DNA of 64,000 nucleotides from an uncultured Gammaproteobacteria bacterium (GCA_963764725.1 CAVXTM010000018.1:160001-224000), one strand, 5' to 3'; positions 30,087 through 41,648 are shown, counted from the first letter of the stretch. Translations and numbers: made by a program. Notes: a model not told the origin generated them from the letters alone.

Positions 30087-31856
30087 ATGAAGCCAGAAAA
30101 CCAGTTTTCGCTCCTGCGCGAGCGGCGTTTCGTTCCGTTCTTCTGGACCCAGTTCCTGGGCGCCTTCAATGACAACGTCTATAAGAACGCTCTCGTCATC
30201 ATGTTCGCCTTTCAGGTAACTTCGCTCAGCGCTCAAGATGCCAACGCGCTCATCAACCTCAGCGCCGCCATTTTCATCCTGCCCTTTTTTTTGTTTTCGG
30301 CGACCAGCGGGCAGATCGCGGACAAATACGAAAAATCCCGCCTTATTCGCTATACGGTTTTGCTCGAGGTTGGCCTCATGATCCTGGGTTCGGCCGGATT
30401 CTACCTCGGAAGCTTGGGCTTGCTGCTGTTCGCCTTGTTCCTAGGCGGGGTTCAATCGACGCTTTTCGGCCCGGTCAAGTATGCCTATTTGCCTCAGCAC
30501 TTGAAATCCGAAGAGCTTGTGGGCGGTAACGGCTTGGTCGAGATGGGCACCTTCGTCGCAATTCTGCTCGGCACCTTGCTCGGCGGGATACTCATCAGCG
30601 TGGCGACCTGGGGCAAGACCCTGGTATCGATCGCCACCGTGAGTACCGCCCTTCTAGCCTATGCGGTCAGCCGCCACATCCCGGTTACACCCGCGCCCGA
30701 TCCGCAGCTCACTATCCGCTGGAACCCGGTGACGGCCACCCGCGATACTCTGCGCTTCGCGCGCCACAATCTAACCGTGTTTTTATCGATCCTCGGGATC
30801 TCGTGGTTTTGGTTTTATGGGGCGACGTTTCTGTCGCAGTTCCCGAATTTCGCTAAAGAGGTCCTCGGCGGGGATGAGTCTGTCGTCACCTTGCTGCTCG
30901 CGCTTTTTTCGATCGGCATCGGGACCGGTTCCTTGCTCTGCGAGCGTATGTCCGGACGCGGCCTCGAGCTTGGTCTCGTACCGCTCGGCTCCATCGGGCT
31001 CACGCTATTCGCCGTCGATCTCTATTTCGCCTCCCGAGGTTTCGCGCAGCCATCCACGCTCGAGTGGACTGCGTTTATCGCGCGCCCCGAGGCTTGGCGC
31101 GTGGTGCTTGACCTGGTACTGCTCGGCGTCTTCGGGGGCTTTTACACCGTGCCTTTGTATGCGCTTATTCAAGCGCGCAGCGATCCCACCCACCGTTCCC
31201 GCATCATCGCCGGCAACAACATCCTCAACGCGCTCTTCATGGTCCTCTCGGCCGGATTCGCCATCGGACTCGGCCAGGCCGGTTTCACGGTCGCACAGGT
31301 CCTACTGCTTACCGGGATCGTTAACGCCTTCGTCGCGCTTTACATCTACACTTTGGTCCCGGAATTTCTCCTGCGCTTTATCGTCTGGCTGCTGGTTCAC
31401 TCCGTGTTCCCGATCAGGAAAACGGGACTGGAACACATTCCTCAAGCCGGAGCCGCGCTGCTCCGCTGCGAATCCGGCGGGATCGTGGACGCGCTTATCA
31501 TTGCCGCCGCCGTGCGCCGGCCGATCCGGTTTGTGGTCGCGGAGCGCTGGCTGCGCGCGCCGCTCATAGGCTTTCTCCTTCGCAGCGGCGGTGCCATTGC
31601 CCTGCCCGCGGACCCGGTGCAACCGCAGTTCGAGCAGGAGATAGCCGCAGCGCTCGCAGGCGGCGATCTGCTCTGCGTTTTCACCAATCCACAGGGTTCC
31701 GAACTTGTCCGTCCACTGGCCAAAATCCCCGTCATTAGGTTGGCGCTCCGAGACCGCTCCGGGATCCAATCCCGGCCACGGGGTTGGCGGGCGCTGTTTA
31801 ATACCATCGAGCTTTCAGCGTCGCCGCCCGTCGCCGCGAATGATAAAGTGAGTTAG
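30087..31856 (+). CDS. LplT-like MFS transporter with degenerate acyltransferase C-terminal domain
   Basis: QFLGAFNDN, FGPVKY, RSRIIAGNNI. Confidence 0.88.
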   Translation: MKPENQFSLLRERRFVPFFWTQFLGAFNDNVYKNALVIMFAFQVTSLSAQDANALINLSAAIFILPFFLFSATSGQIADKYEKSRLIRYTVLLEVGLMILGSAGFYLGSLGLLLFALFLGGVQSTLFGPVKYAYLPQHLKSEELVGGNGLVEMGTFVAILLGTLLGGILISVATWGKTLVSIATVSTALLAYAVSRHIPVTPAPDPQLTIRWNPVTATRDTLRFARHNLTVFLSILGISWFWFYGATFLSQFPNFAKEVLGGDESVVTLLLALFSIGIGTGSLLCERMSGRGLELGLVPLGSIGLTLFAVDLYFASRGFAQPSTLEWTAFIARPEAWRVVLDLVLLGVFGGFYTVPLYALIQARSDPTHRSRIIAGNNILNALFMVLSAGFAIGLGQAGFTVAQVLLLTGIVNAFVALYIYTLVPEFLLRFIVWLLVHSVFPIRKTGLEHIPQAGAALLRCESGGIVDALIIAAAVRRPIRFVVAERWLRAPLIGFLLRSGGAIALPADPVQPQFEQEIAAALAGGDLLCVFTNPQGSELVRPLAKIPVIRLALRDRSGIQSRPRGWRALFNTIELSASPPVAANDKVS

Positions 31857-31863
31857 ATAGCCA
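31836..31863 (+). repeat. 28-bp direct repeat (attL-like)
   Basis: GCGAATGATAAAGTGAGTTAGATAGCCA, identical at 36203-36230. Confidence 0.9.
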
Positions 31864-32047
31864 TAAAGTATGGGTCTTCAGCAAAATTTGTGGCCCAACT
31901 CGGTGGACATGGGAACGCTGCGGCGCGCGTTGTCTGAGCCCCTGGACTGCGTGATGGGCGAGCGCAGCTAGGCCCCGACAATCGGCCGGTCTCTCTGTTG
32001 CTGTATGGAAGCGCACAAACCGCCTTGAGTGCCTTTAGCATGAGATA

Positions 32048-32893
32048 GTGTCACTAGAAGAAATGGCTATGTCCTCGAGCCCGCAGGCCGTTTACGGTGT
32101 TCGAAGCAACGGCGTTGTCCGTCCTCCGCTTAAGTGGGCCGGAGGCAAGCGCTGGCAACTCCCGCACCTTGTCCACTACTGGGCTCGCAATCGCCATCGG
32201 CGCTTGGTCGAACCGTTCTGTGGAGGACTGGCTGTGACCCTGGGCCTCATGCCCAATCGGGCGCTCCTCAACGACGTCAATCCGCATCTGATCAATTTCT
32301 ACCGCTGGCTAAAGCGAGGGCTGTCGGTCAACCTGCGGCAGGAAAACAACAGCACCACGTACTACTCGTACCGGCAGGAGTTTAACCGGCTGTTGTCTGG
32401 CGGCCAGAGCCATAGTGCCGAAGCGGCCGCTCTTTTCTATTACCTGAATAGGACGGGCTATAATGGCCTTTGCCGGTTTAATCGCGCCGGCGAGTTTAAC
32501 GTTCCCTTTGGTCGCTATAAGAGAATTAATTACAGAACCGCATTTGTCGAATACATAGATGTCTTCAAGGACTGGGAGTTCATGACAGGGCACTTCTCAC
32601 GCATGTCACTGGATCCAACCGATTTCGTCTACGCGGATCCACCCTACGACGTTGAGTTTCGGCAGTATTCAAAGGACGGCTTCGGCTGGGAAGAGCAGGT
32701 CGAGACCGCCGAATGGCTAGCCAAGCATCCCGGCCCCGTCGTTCTATCAAACCAAGCGACGAAGCGAATCAAGAGTCTTTACCGGGAGCTTGGCTACACA
32801 CTGAGGTTTCTCGAAGCACCTCGCAGGATCAGCTGCACCGGTGACCGAACGCCCGCACGGGAAGTGCTAGCGATCCGGAACCTGCCTGAATGA
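32048..32893 (+). CDS. Dam/D12-class N6-adenine DNA methyltransferase
   Basis: PPLKWAGGK, EPFCGG, YNGLCR, NVPFG, DPPY. Confidence 0.95.
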   Translation: MSLEEMAMSSSPQAVYGVRSNGVVRPPLKWAGGKRWQLPHLVHYWARNRHRRLVEPFCGGLAVTLGLMPNRALLNDVNPHLINFYRWLKRGLSVNLRQENNSTTYYSYRQEFNRLLSGGQSHSAEAAALFYYLNRTGYNGLCRFNRAGEFNVPFGRYKRINYRTAFVEYIDVFKDWEFMTGHFSRMSLDPTDFVYADPPYDVEFRQYSKDGFGWEEQVETAEWLAKHPGPVVLSNQATKRIKSLYRELGYTLRFLEAPRRISCTGDRTPAREVLAIRNLPE

Positions 32894-33306
32894 GTTCCCG
32901 GAACACGCGCACCGGCGGCGTCCTTGAGCGCATGGTCCTTCCTGCCTTGGATCATGGCGGATACTCATATCGCGTGCAGATCAAGCTTGGCGAACGTCTG
33001 GGTTGCGGAAGCCACTTCGTGGACGCGGTTATCGAGAAGGACGGCCGAAAGTTTCTCGTGTCAGTGAAATGGCAACAGGTTTCAGGAACTGCGGAGCAGA
33101 AAGTGCCGTTCGAGGTCATTTGTCTCATCGAGGCGTTGGAGAACGCGAGCTACGAAAAGGCGTACATCGTACTCGGTGGCGAAGGCTGGAAGCTCAGGAA
33201 CTTCTATGTGAGCGGTGGGCTCTCGAAGTACCTGAGGGACGCCGATAGGATTCACATTGTAACGCTTGAGTGGTTCGTGGCGAAGGCGAATCAAGGGAAG
33301 CTCTAA
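32890..33306 (+). CDS. Small PD-(D/E)XK nuclease (putative restriction endonuclease)
   Basis: VD...SVKWQQVSGTAEQK; overlaps the methylase stop. Confidence 0.75.
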   Translation: MSSRNTRTGGVLERMVLPALDHGGYSYRVQIKLGERLGCGSHFVDAVIEKDGRKFLVSVKWQQVSGTAEQKVPFEVICLIEALENASYEKAYIVLGGEGWKLRNFYVSGGLSKYLRDADRIHIVTLEWFVAKANQGKL

Positions 33307-34121
33307 ATGCCGTCCGACCTTCCCCAACGAAAGGCGCTCAAATTTCTAACCGACCGCCTGCAGTCCCAAGAGCCCTTCACAAAGCAGGACTTCGGGCATG
33401 CTACCGGGTGTGGAGTGGATCAACGCTTGACACGCATTGGTCGAAGCATTTCAAGCCCTTCGTCGTCGTAATCGGCGGTGGCCGGTACCGCGTCAGCGAG
33501 GGGTTCCGGCCATTCGCTAATTGGAGGAAGTTTCAGCGGCACGTCACGCAGACGCGGCCGGTTGCAGCGGACTATACGCGGCTCGCTTACGACAACGTGG
33601 TCATGTACGAATTCTTTATGCCGTTAACGAACGAGACGGCACTACGCACCACACTGGATGCCCTGTTCTTCAAAGATAACATCATCTCGAAACTACGGGC
33701 CATTGGCGCGGAGAAGCTCTCTCAGCATTTGAGCATCAAGGATGGAGAGGCCGCGGAAAAGTATTTCGAGCGGATCTGCGACTGGATTGATTCGCACTTT
33801 GTAGGCTACTCCGTCTATCACGTTGACGGCCGTTTTCGAGCGTCAAAGCTGGCAACCAGGGAACAGGTCGCCGAGATCGAGAAGAAGGGTCAGCGTTACC
33901 TCGTTAACGAAACCACCGCGGTCTCGCGTTTCATCTTCCCCTGCGCGGACAATGGCGAGGCGGAGCTGGTCAGATACTTCTTCGATGCCCTTTTCGTCCA
34001 GACCATCATTCAACTAATCAACGCCGAGGATGAAGTCTGGATGGTGGAAAGCGGCATGAAGAATCGAGTCCACATCTGGCGGGTTCCCGGCGGCAACGAC
34101 GACGGAAATGACCTACTATGA
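33307..34121 (+). CDS. Hypothetical protein with putative N-terminal HTH, frameshift near 33410
   Basis: ATG 33307 gives MPSDLPQRKALKFL...FTKQDFGHATG, joining the WSGSTLDTHWSK frame. Confidence 0.6.
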
Positions 34122-34402
34122 CGGCCCGAGACTGGCTGCGCGAGAATGGCTACGAGGATATTGCGGGTCGGATCGACGTGGTCATGACGGAGCTCGAAGC
34201 GCGGGGTAGCAAGCAGCGACGAAACTGGTGGGACGTCCTGGCAGGCGGCGTCAACGGAAGGCCACTCGTTGTCTCAGGACGGGAGTTTCCGGTGCTACAG
34301 GTCGCGCAGCGGCGGCAAGGCAAGCCCTTGACCCCGAACGCAATCAGCCGCAACCCGAACGAGCATCCTCCCGACCCGCGCCCAATCCGATGGAAGCGCT
34401 AA
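34118..34402 (+). CDS. Hypothetical protein
   Basis: 94 aa, ATGA-coupled to the upstream gene; WLRENGY, RRNWW motifs. Confidence 0.65.
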   Translation: MTARDWLRENGYEDIAGRIDVVMTELEARGSKQRRNWWDVLAGGVNGRPLVVSGREFPVLQVAQRRQGKPLTPNAISRNPNEHPPDPRPIRWKR

Positions 34403-34637
34403 GCTGGACCCGAACTGCCTCCGACTACGGCGATACATACCATAAGTGGGGATCTGGCGGGCAGGAGAGTTCACGCGGGACAAAGGCTGTTTTCCTTACG
34501 CTTGCTGTTGCCATGTTGACAACCACGAAATCGACTTGGTGCTTGCCCGCCACGCTTCACGGAGGCGGAGCTGGACTTCATCATCAATTACGGACATCAA
34601 ATATCGCATGGGCCGAAGCGCAGAGGAGAACGAATGA
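34400..34637 (+). pseudogene. C-terminal relic of a type IIG-like restriction-modification enzyme
   Basis: IDLVLARH..FTEAELDFIINY.DIKYRMG across frameshifts. Confidence 0.6.
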
Positions 34638-35197
34638 AGCTTCCGAACGTGGAAGCGGCCGTGGTTTCGGAGGATAAGATCACCGGTTATCTGCTTTCGG
34701 CGACACACCGGGACGGCCGTCACAAGGCGGCGTTCTTCCTCGGCTTAGGCTTTACTGCCGACGCCTGGCGGACGGTGGCTACCGCCTTACTGAAGCACGC
34801 AGCAGACCACGAGGTCGCCAAGGTCGAGAGCACGCCCTTTGGAACCCGATACGTCGTGGAAGGTACAATAGAAACGCCGTATGGGCGAACGCCGGGCATT
34901 CGTTCGGTGTGGTTTCTGGAGACCGGTCAGAACGTACCACGTTTTGTCACAGCTATCCAATCAGAGGTGCAGACGATGATTAAAGAACTGGACACGGTGG
35001 TGTTAACCGAGGATTTACCGGAGCACGGTCTGAAACAGGGTGACCTGGGGACCGTCGTTCTGATCCATGGAGCAGGGGGGTATGAGGTCGAGTTCATGAC
35101 GCTGGACGGCCAGACGCTGACGGTGGTTTCGCTGTTTCCTCATCAGGTGCGTCCCGTAGGGCGAGGCGAGATCGCTCAGGCACGCGCGGTGGCCTAA
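34634..35197 (+). CDS. DUF6883-like plus DUF4926-like TA-type pair, read as one fused ORF
   Basis: KITGYLLS..H..GRHKA.FF...PRFVTA, then MIKELDTVVL...GTVV...YEVEF. Confidence 0.7.
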   Translation: MKLPNVEAAVVSEDKITGYLLSATHRDGRHKAAFFLGLGFTADAWRTVATALLKHAADHEVAKVESTPFGTRYVVEGTIETPYGRTPGIRSVWFLETGQNVPRFVTAIQSEVQTMIKELDTVVLTEDLPEHGLKQGDLGTVVLIHGAGGYEVEFMTLDGQTLTVVSLFPHQVRPVGRGEIAQARAVA

Positions 35198-35237
35198 AGC
35201 GTCGCACAAGGCGCGACCGGAGCATGCGAGGCAAACT

Positions 35238-35454
35238 ATGAAATTACACGGTGACCAAGAAGCCGATGCGCTTTATCTGCGTTTGGACGAGTCGAAGATC
35301 GTCGAGTCAGAGGAGGTATCGCCGGGCGTCGTGCTGGATTTCAATGCGGATAAATCAGGTGGGTGTTGAAATCCTATACCTATCCAGGCGAGCTCCCCGC
35401 CCGGAACTCGGAAAGCTGGTTTTTGAGACCACGCCCACCGTGGCAGTGAGGTAG
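35238..35454 (+). pseudogene. DUF2283 family protein, frameshifted
   Basis: DQEADALYLRL...EEVSPGVVLDFN / VGVEIL. Confidence 0.7.
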
Positions 35455-35575
35455 TGCAACCCTGTGCGCGCGGGATCGCTCGCGCAAGAGTCCGGTCTCC
35501 TGCGCAGTGACTACAACGGTGTCACAACCGGGCGCGCAATGCGCCCCCGGTGACAAGGCTATCATCAAGTTTCCC

Positions 35576-36172
35576 ATGGCTGCGGTCGAAGCGGAGACGA
35601 TCACGCCCTCGGATGCGCGCTGGCCGAGGTCCTTGAACGAGAGGCTGGGCGGCTCCGCGCCATCGGCTTTGCAGACCATCGGTCCGGTGGCGCTTCTCGC
35701 CGCCCGCAAGACTGCGCTCTTCTGCTCCGCCCGCACGCCCGGGGATGCCATCCTGCGCGCCCACGACACCGCTCGGCGCATGCGCGATGAAAGCGTGACG
35801 GTCATGAGCGGGTTTCATTCGCCGATCGAGAAGGACTGCCTGCGCATCCTTCTGCGGGGCACACAACCGATCATCGTCTGCCCTGCCCGCGCCATTGAGG
35901 GAATGCGGATCCCGCCCGAATGTCGCGCCGCCTTCGAGGCGGATCGGCTACTCTTCCTCTCCCCCTTCATCGAGCAACCCGAACGCGTCACCCAGGGATC
36001 GGCGATGCGCCGCAACGAGCTCGTTGGGGCCCTGGCCGACGAAGTATTCATCGCTCATATCGCTCCGGGCGGCGAGACCGAGCGCATCGCGGAACTGCTG
36101 GCGCGATGGCGCGTTCCGGTCATGCGGTCTTCGCTTCGCGATCCGCCCATTGCGACCTTAAGAAAGTCATAG
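35576..36172 (+). CDS. DprA-like / SLOG domain protein
   Basis: ALFCS, SGFHSPIEKDCL, RRNELVGALAD. Confidence 0.75.
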   Translation: MAAVEAETITPSDARWPRSLNERLGGSAPSALQTIGPVALLAARKTALFCSARTPGDAILRAHDTARRMRDESVTVMSGFHSPIEKDCLRILLRGTQPIIVCPARAIEGMRIPPECRAAFEADRLLFLSPFIEQPERVTQGSAMRRNELVGALADEVFIAHIAPGGETERIAELLARWRVPVMRSSLRDPPIATLRKS

Positions 36173-36202
36173 GAAGGTCGCCGCGCCAGGATTTATGCAC
36201 AA

Positions 36203-36230
36203 GCGAATGATAAAGTGAGTTAGATAGCCA
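36203..36230 (+). repeat. 28-bp direct repeat (attR-like)
   Basis: Identical to 31836-31863. Confidence 0.9.
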
Positions 36231-36258
36231 AAAGTATCAGCCTGATCCTTACTCTACA

Positions 36259-36918
36259 ATGCAAAACCATCTCACTATTCACGAAACCCGTGTCATCGGC
36301 GCCTTGCTGGAAAAGGAGATCACCACCCCCGAGCAGTATCCGCTCTCGCTCAACGCGCTTACCAACGCCTGTAACCAGAAGAGCAACCGCGATCCGGTGC
36401 TTGATCTCGATGAGGCAACGGTACAACAAACGCTCGACGGGCTCATCAAGAAGCACTTGGTAAGTGAGAAAACAGGGTTTGGGAGCCGGGTTACGAAATA
36501 CCAACATCGATTCTGTAATACGGCGTTCGGTGCTTTAAGATTATCAGCACAGGAGCTTGCCATCATCGCCGAGTTGCTGTTGCGCGGCCCGCAGACGCCC
36601 GGTGAACTGCGCACGCGTGCGGGGCGGCTGGGCAAGTTCAATGACGTGCAAGAAGTTGAAGCTGCCCTAAAAAGCTTGATCGAGCGGGAGGATGGGCCTT
36701 TCGTTGTGCAGCTTGCGCGCGAAGCCGGGAGAAGAGAATCTCGTTACGCCCACCTGTTGAGTGGGGAGGTGCAAGCAGCGGAGAGCGCTGCCGGCCCGGA
36801 TACGGAAGTCAGTCTCACGCGTACGGACCACGATCGTCTGTCGGAGCTCGAACAGCAGATCGCAGCGTTGCGGCAAGAGCTCAGTGAGATCAGGGCCTTG
36901 CTTGAGCGCCCGACATGA
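36259..36918 (+). CDS. yceH: YceH / DUF480 family protein
   Basis: [40 protein letters not shown]. Confidence 0.92.
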   Translation: MQNHLTIHETRVIGALLEKEITTPEQYPLSLNALTNACNQKSNRDPVLDLDEATVQQTLDGLIKKHLVSEKTGFGSRVTKYQHRFCNTAFGALRLSAQELAIIAELLLRGPQTPGELRTRAGRLGKFNDVQEVEAALKSLIEREDGPFVVQLAREAGRRESRYAHLLSGEVQAAESAAGPDTEVSLTRTDHDRLSELEQQIAALRQELSEIRALLERPT

Positions 36919-37961
36919 GGGATACCAATTTGGCCATCGTGCCGGAAACGCAAGACACCAATACTGCTCCGTATCGGCGGCTGACTCCCGATTGCATGCT
37001 CGATGCATTGAATAGCGTGGGCTTGCGAAGTGACGGACGTCTGCTGGCGCTCAACAGCTACGAGAACCGCGTCTACCAGGTTGGCATGGAAGAGGGGATG
37101 CCCGTGGTGGTGAAATTTTACCGTCCTGGGCGTTGGAGCGATGCGGCGATCCTTGAAGAACACGCCTTCGTGCAGGAATTAGTCGAGCGCGAGATCCCGG
37201 TGGTGGCGCCGCTGGCGACCAAACCTTCCGGCGTGGCGCATCCCGCAACCACATTGCACACCTTCGGCGAATTCCGATTTACGCTTTATCCTCGCCAAGG
37301 CGGCCGTTCACCGGAGCTAGATGCTCGCAACACCCTGGCCTGGATGGGGCGCTTTATCGGCCGAATTCACGCGGTCGGCACGTTACGGCCGTTCGTCGCA
37401 CGACCGGCATTGAATGTTGTCAGCTTTGGTGAGGAACCTAGCGAGTTCCTGCTCGCGCACGACTTTATCCCGCCGGATCTCGCGAGCGCCTATCGGACCG
37501 TGGTCGCTCAAGCGCTAGACGGCGTGCGGCATTGCTTTAACCGCGCTGGTGAAATCAGGGCACTGCGGCTACATGGTGACTGCTACGCCGGTAACGTGCT
37601 TTGGACCGAGGGTGGACCGCATTTCGTCGATTTCGACGATAGCCGCATGGGCCCTGCGATGCAGGACCTGTGGATGTTACTCTCCGGAGAGCCGCTTGCG
37701 ATGGCGCGGCAGTTGAGCGACGTCCTGAGCGGCTATGAGGATTTCTTCGAGTTTGATCGCCGCGAGCTGCATCTCCTAGAGCCGTTGCGCACATTGCGCT
37801 TGATCCATTACTCCGCGTGGATCGCCCGGCGTTGGGAAGACCCAGCCTTTCCTGCCGCATTTCCGTGGTTCAATACCCAGCGTTACTGGCAGGATCGAAT
37901 ACTCGAGTTGCGCGAACAAATCGCTGTCATGAACGAGCAACCCATCGCGTTATCGAACTGA
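36915..37961 (+). CDS. srkA: Stress-response Ser/Thr kinase SrkA (YihE/RdoA)
   Basis: [34 protein letters not shown]. Confidence 0.94.
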   Translation: MRDTNLAIVPETQDTNTAPYRRLTPDCMLDALNSVGLRSDGRLLALNSYENRVYQVGMEEGMPVVVKFYRPGRWSDAAILEEHAFVQELVEREIPVVAPLATKPSGVAHPATTLHTFGEFRFTLYPRQGGRSPELDARNTLAWMGRFIGRIHAVGTLRPFVARPALNVVSFGEEPSEFLLAHDFIPPDLASAYRTVVAQALDGVRHCFNRAGEIRALRLHGDCYAGNVLWTEGGPHFVDFDDSRMGPAMQDLWMLLSGEPLAMARQLSDVLSGYEDFFEFDRRELHLLEPLRTLRLIHYSAWIARRWEDPAFPAAFPWFNTQRYWQDRILELREQIAVMNEQPIALSN

Positions 37962-37970
37962 ATCGGCTAA

Positions 37971-38115
37971 GGAAGCTCTGCAAAAGTGTTATGAGCATGG
38001 CCCATATGCGCGAAGCCGCGGAGCGAGTCGCGAGACATATCAGGTAGATAGGCGAGTGACGAGCGAGCACGCGACAATGCAGATGGGCGGCGCAATAGCT
38101 TTTGCAGCGCTTCGC
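37971..38115. mobile_element. MITE, relative of 26109-26235
   Basis: GGAAGCTCTGCAAAAG ... CTTTTGCAGCGCTTCGC flanked by TAA. Confidence 0.75.
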
Positions 38116-38120
38116 TAACG

Positions 38121-39065
38121 ATGCGCATTGTGTCGCTTCTGCCTGCTGCTACCGAGATCGTGGGCGCCCTGGGCTTGATGGATTCCCTCGTCGGGGTATC
38201 GCACGAGTGTGACTATCCGGCGGCGGCAAACGACAAGCCACGGGTGACGCATTGTGCCATCCACCAAAAGCACTTGCCGAGCGCTGAAGTAAACCACTGG
38301 GTACACGAGACGCTCGCCGCGACAGGTTCCCTCTATACCCTGAACGAGGCGCTGCTTCGAGAGCTGCGCCCTGAGATCATCGTGACCCAACGCCTCTGTG
38401 ATGTCTGTGCGGTTGGATATGGTTCGGTCGCGACTTTCGCCCGGTCACTGCCGGAGCCATCGCAGGTGGTAAACCTGGAGCCCGCCGGTCTTGCGGATAT
38501 TTTTGGGGATATCCGCAAGGTAGCCGCGGCGCTTGGGGTAACCGAGCGCGGTGAGGCTGTGGTGAGCGCGCTGCAAACACGGGTAGAGCAGGTACGTGTT
38601 CGCGCTACGAAAACAAGCGATCGGCCCCGCTGCTTTCTGATGGAGTGGATCGACCCGCCATTCTGCAGCGGCCATTGGGGTCCGGAGCTCGTGGAGATCG
38701 CCGGGGGTGAGGAGATCCTCGGTAAAAAGGGGGAAGCCTCAAGACGCATCCTCTGGGAGAGCGTGCGCGAGGCGCAGCCCGAAGTCCTGATAATCGCGTG
38801 CTGTGGCTGCACCGTGGCACGCACTTTAGATGATTTGCCTCGCTTGCAACGTGCAGCCGGGTGGGAGGGATTGCCCGCGGTTCGAAGCGGCCGGGTCTAT
38901 GTCGTCGATGGGTCCGCTTATTTCAGCCGACCCGGCCCGCGCATCGTCGACTCCTTAGAAATCCTGGCGGCCTGCCTTCATCCGGCCCAGTTTCCCGAGG
39001 CGCGCGCCAGGTACCCAGAGGCGGTGGTACGCATCGCCGCGGGTGGGCAGGTGGCAGCCTGGTGA
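38121..39065 (+). CDS. Cobalamin / Fe-type periplasmic-binding-like protein (BtuF-like)
   Basis: MRIVSLLPAATE, SHECDYP, QRLCDVCAV, FSRPGPRIVDSLE. Confidence 0.88.
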   Translation: MRIVSLLPAATEIVGALGLMDSLVGVSHECDYPAAANDKPRVTHCAIHQKHLPSAEVNHWVHETLAATGSLYTLNEALLRELRPEIIVTQRLCDVCAVGYGSVATFARSLPEPSQVVNLEPAGLADIFGDIRKVAAALGVTERGEAVVSALQTRVEQVRVRATKTSDRPRCFLMEWIDPPFCSGHWGPELVEIAGGEEILGKKGEASRRILWESVREAQPEVLIIACCGCTVARTLDDLPRLQRAAGWEGLPAVRSGRVYVVDGSAYFSRPGPRIVDSLEILAACLHPAQFPEARARYPEAVVRIAAGGQVAAW

Positions 39066-39169
39066 TGGCGCATCTGTAGCACTGGTCGCTTGAAGCAGTG
39101 GCAAGAACAGCGCCTATGCGGAACCTCTAAAAATACCCTCTCCCACTGGGAGAGCAACCGTGTTCAAAG

Positions 39170-40300
<1,131 letters not shown>

Positions 40301-40722
40301 TTCATTAATTTCTACAAAATAGAACATACAAGGGTTAGGGTGAGGGATGTAAATAATTGATTTTAATACCCTCATCCCAACCTTCTCCCGAAGGGAGAAG
40401 GAGACTTTGAATTATTAGAGGTTTCCTATGCTTTACGTGTGCTTCGCGGAGGCGACGGCATCGAGGTCGTCGCGGCTTGCCGACCGCGGTCAGCCCCGAG
40501 TCAGGAAGGGTCGCTACTCACTTGTTGCCTGAAGACTTGATCGAGGCCGTGCCCTGCGGATCGAGCAGGGGCGGTTTATTGGTGGGGGGAATTGGGTGTG
40601 GTAAGAACTCCCTCGGCTGCATTCCTTGGTATTGTGGAGTTCCCAATCAAGCGGTTATATGATGACCGCCGTGATTTATACAGCAATCCGTTCATTGGGT
40701 TAGACACCGGCTTAGACATCTA

Positions 40723-41076
40723 TTGCCAAACGTAGATTCCATCCTTCAGCAACTCGATGAAAACCATGACATCAAGGAAGTCCGGGCCGGTATCGCTGAT
40801 CTAATCGAACACCATCTCCAAGCAATGAAGAGTTCCCTTGGCTATTGGGAGAAGGCCCACTTCGCCAACGCTATTGCCTCTCTTGCATGGAATATCAATT
40901 CCCGCCAGCAACCGACCACTGCTTGGCTACGGCTATGTCTCGTTAACGTTGAAAAGGCGCTAGTTCCTGCCAATCAACGAAACGAGAACTACACGCCACG
41001 AGATAAGCAGCTTGAAGCCCTTACGTATGAACAACTCATCGAAAACATCAACTCGTTGCGCCAAATGGGTTGCTAA
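40723..41076 (+). CDS. Cassette-borne hypothetical protein
   Basis: Low-GC ORF whose stop lies in the attC inverse core TGCTAAC. Confidence 0.65.
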   Translation: MPNVDSILQQLDENHDIKEVRAGIADLIEHHLQAMKSSLGYWEKAHFANAIASLAWNINSRQQPTTAWLRLCLVNVEKALVPANQRNENYTPRDKQLEALTYEQLIENINSLRQMGC

Positions 41077-41166
41077 CCCGCCGCTCAACGGGACCGCCCA
41101 AAAGCTGCGCTTTTGGGTTCTCTCCGCGCTACGCGCTCCGGCGGCCGGTTAGCTAGCACGCTATGT
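41071..41166 (+). other. attC site
   Basis: TGCTAAC ... imperfect palindrome ... GGTTAGCTAGCAC-GCTATGT (degenerate core). Confidence 0.75.
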
Positions 41167-41208
41167 GTCTTCGATACCGGTTCACAATCAAGACTCCGAG
41201 GGATCGTC

Positions 41209-41512
41209 ATGAACGCGATAAGAGCACTTTCTGTCGCTGCACTGCTATTACCGTTCCAGTCCTTTGCTTGCTCTTTCGATACCGATTGCGGCGTCGGAAG
41301 CAAATGCATCAAGAGTCCAGGACAGATCCATGGCTTTTTGTGCTGGCGGTATGAATCCCGGCAACACCTATGATCGAAGGCCCGTCCGAGATCCGCTGGA
41401 CATTAATAGATCTGCTGGCAATACCTGTAGCTTCGATACGGATTGTGGGCCTGGCTCAATTTGCCTAAAGGAATCTAGATACATAAAGGGCGTCTGTGTG
41501 CGTGGACGTTAG
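41209..41512 (+). CDS. Small secreted Cys-rich repeat protein, frameshift in a T-run near 41340
   Basis: Signal peptide; two CSFDTDCGxGSxCxK repeats. Confidence 0.65.
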
Positions 41513-41524
41513 CACATAAGACGA

Positions 41525-41648
41525 GCGGAATTAGGGGACAGACCACGATATATTTGTCTACGCATCGCAGCAGGTGCGCTATTGGTATCGATATATCGTG
41601 GTCTGTCCCCTAATTCCCCTAATTCCTAATTCTAATTCCTAATTCCGC
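41525..41648. repeat. GGGGACAGACC-type REP doublet with tandem CCTAATT tail
   Basis: AATTAGGGGACAGACCACGATATAT ... ATATATCGTGGTCTGTCCCCTAATT; second copy at ~42777. Confidence 0.8.

Noticed and set aside
31836-31863. The chromosomal dif site itself
   Set aside because: Right arm does not resemble the conserved XerD arm TTATGTTAAAT; kept only as dif-like geometry
40669-40684. LexA box near the putative intI promoter (CCGTGATTTATACAG)
   Set aside because: One base short, lacks CTG, and is not conserved in the second copy
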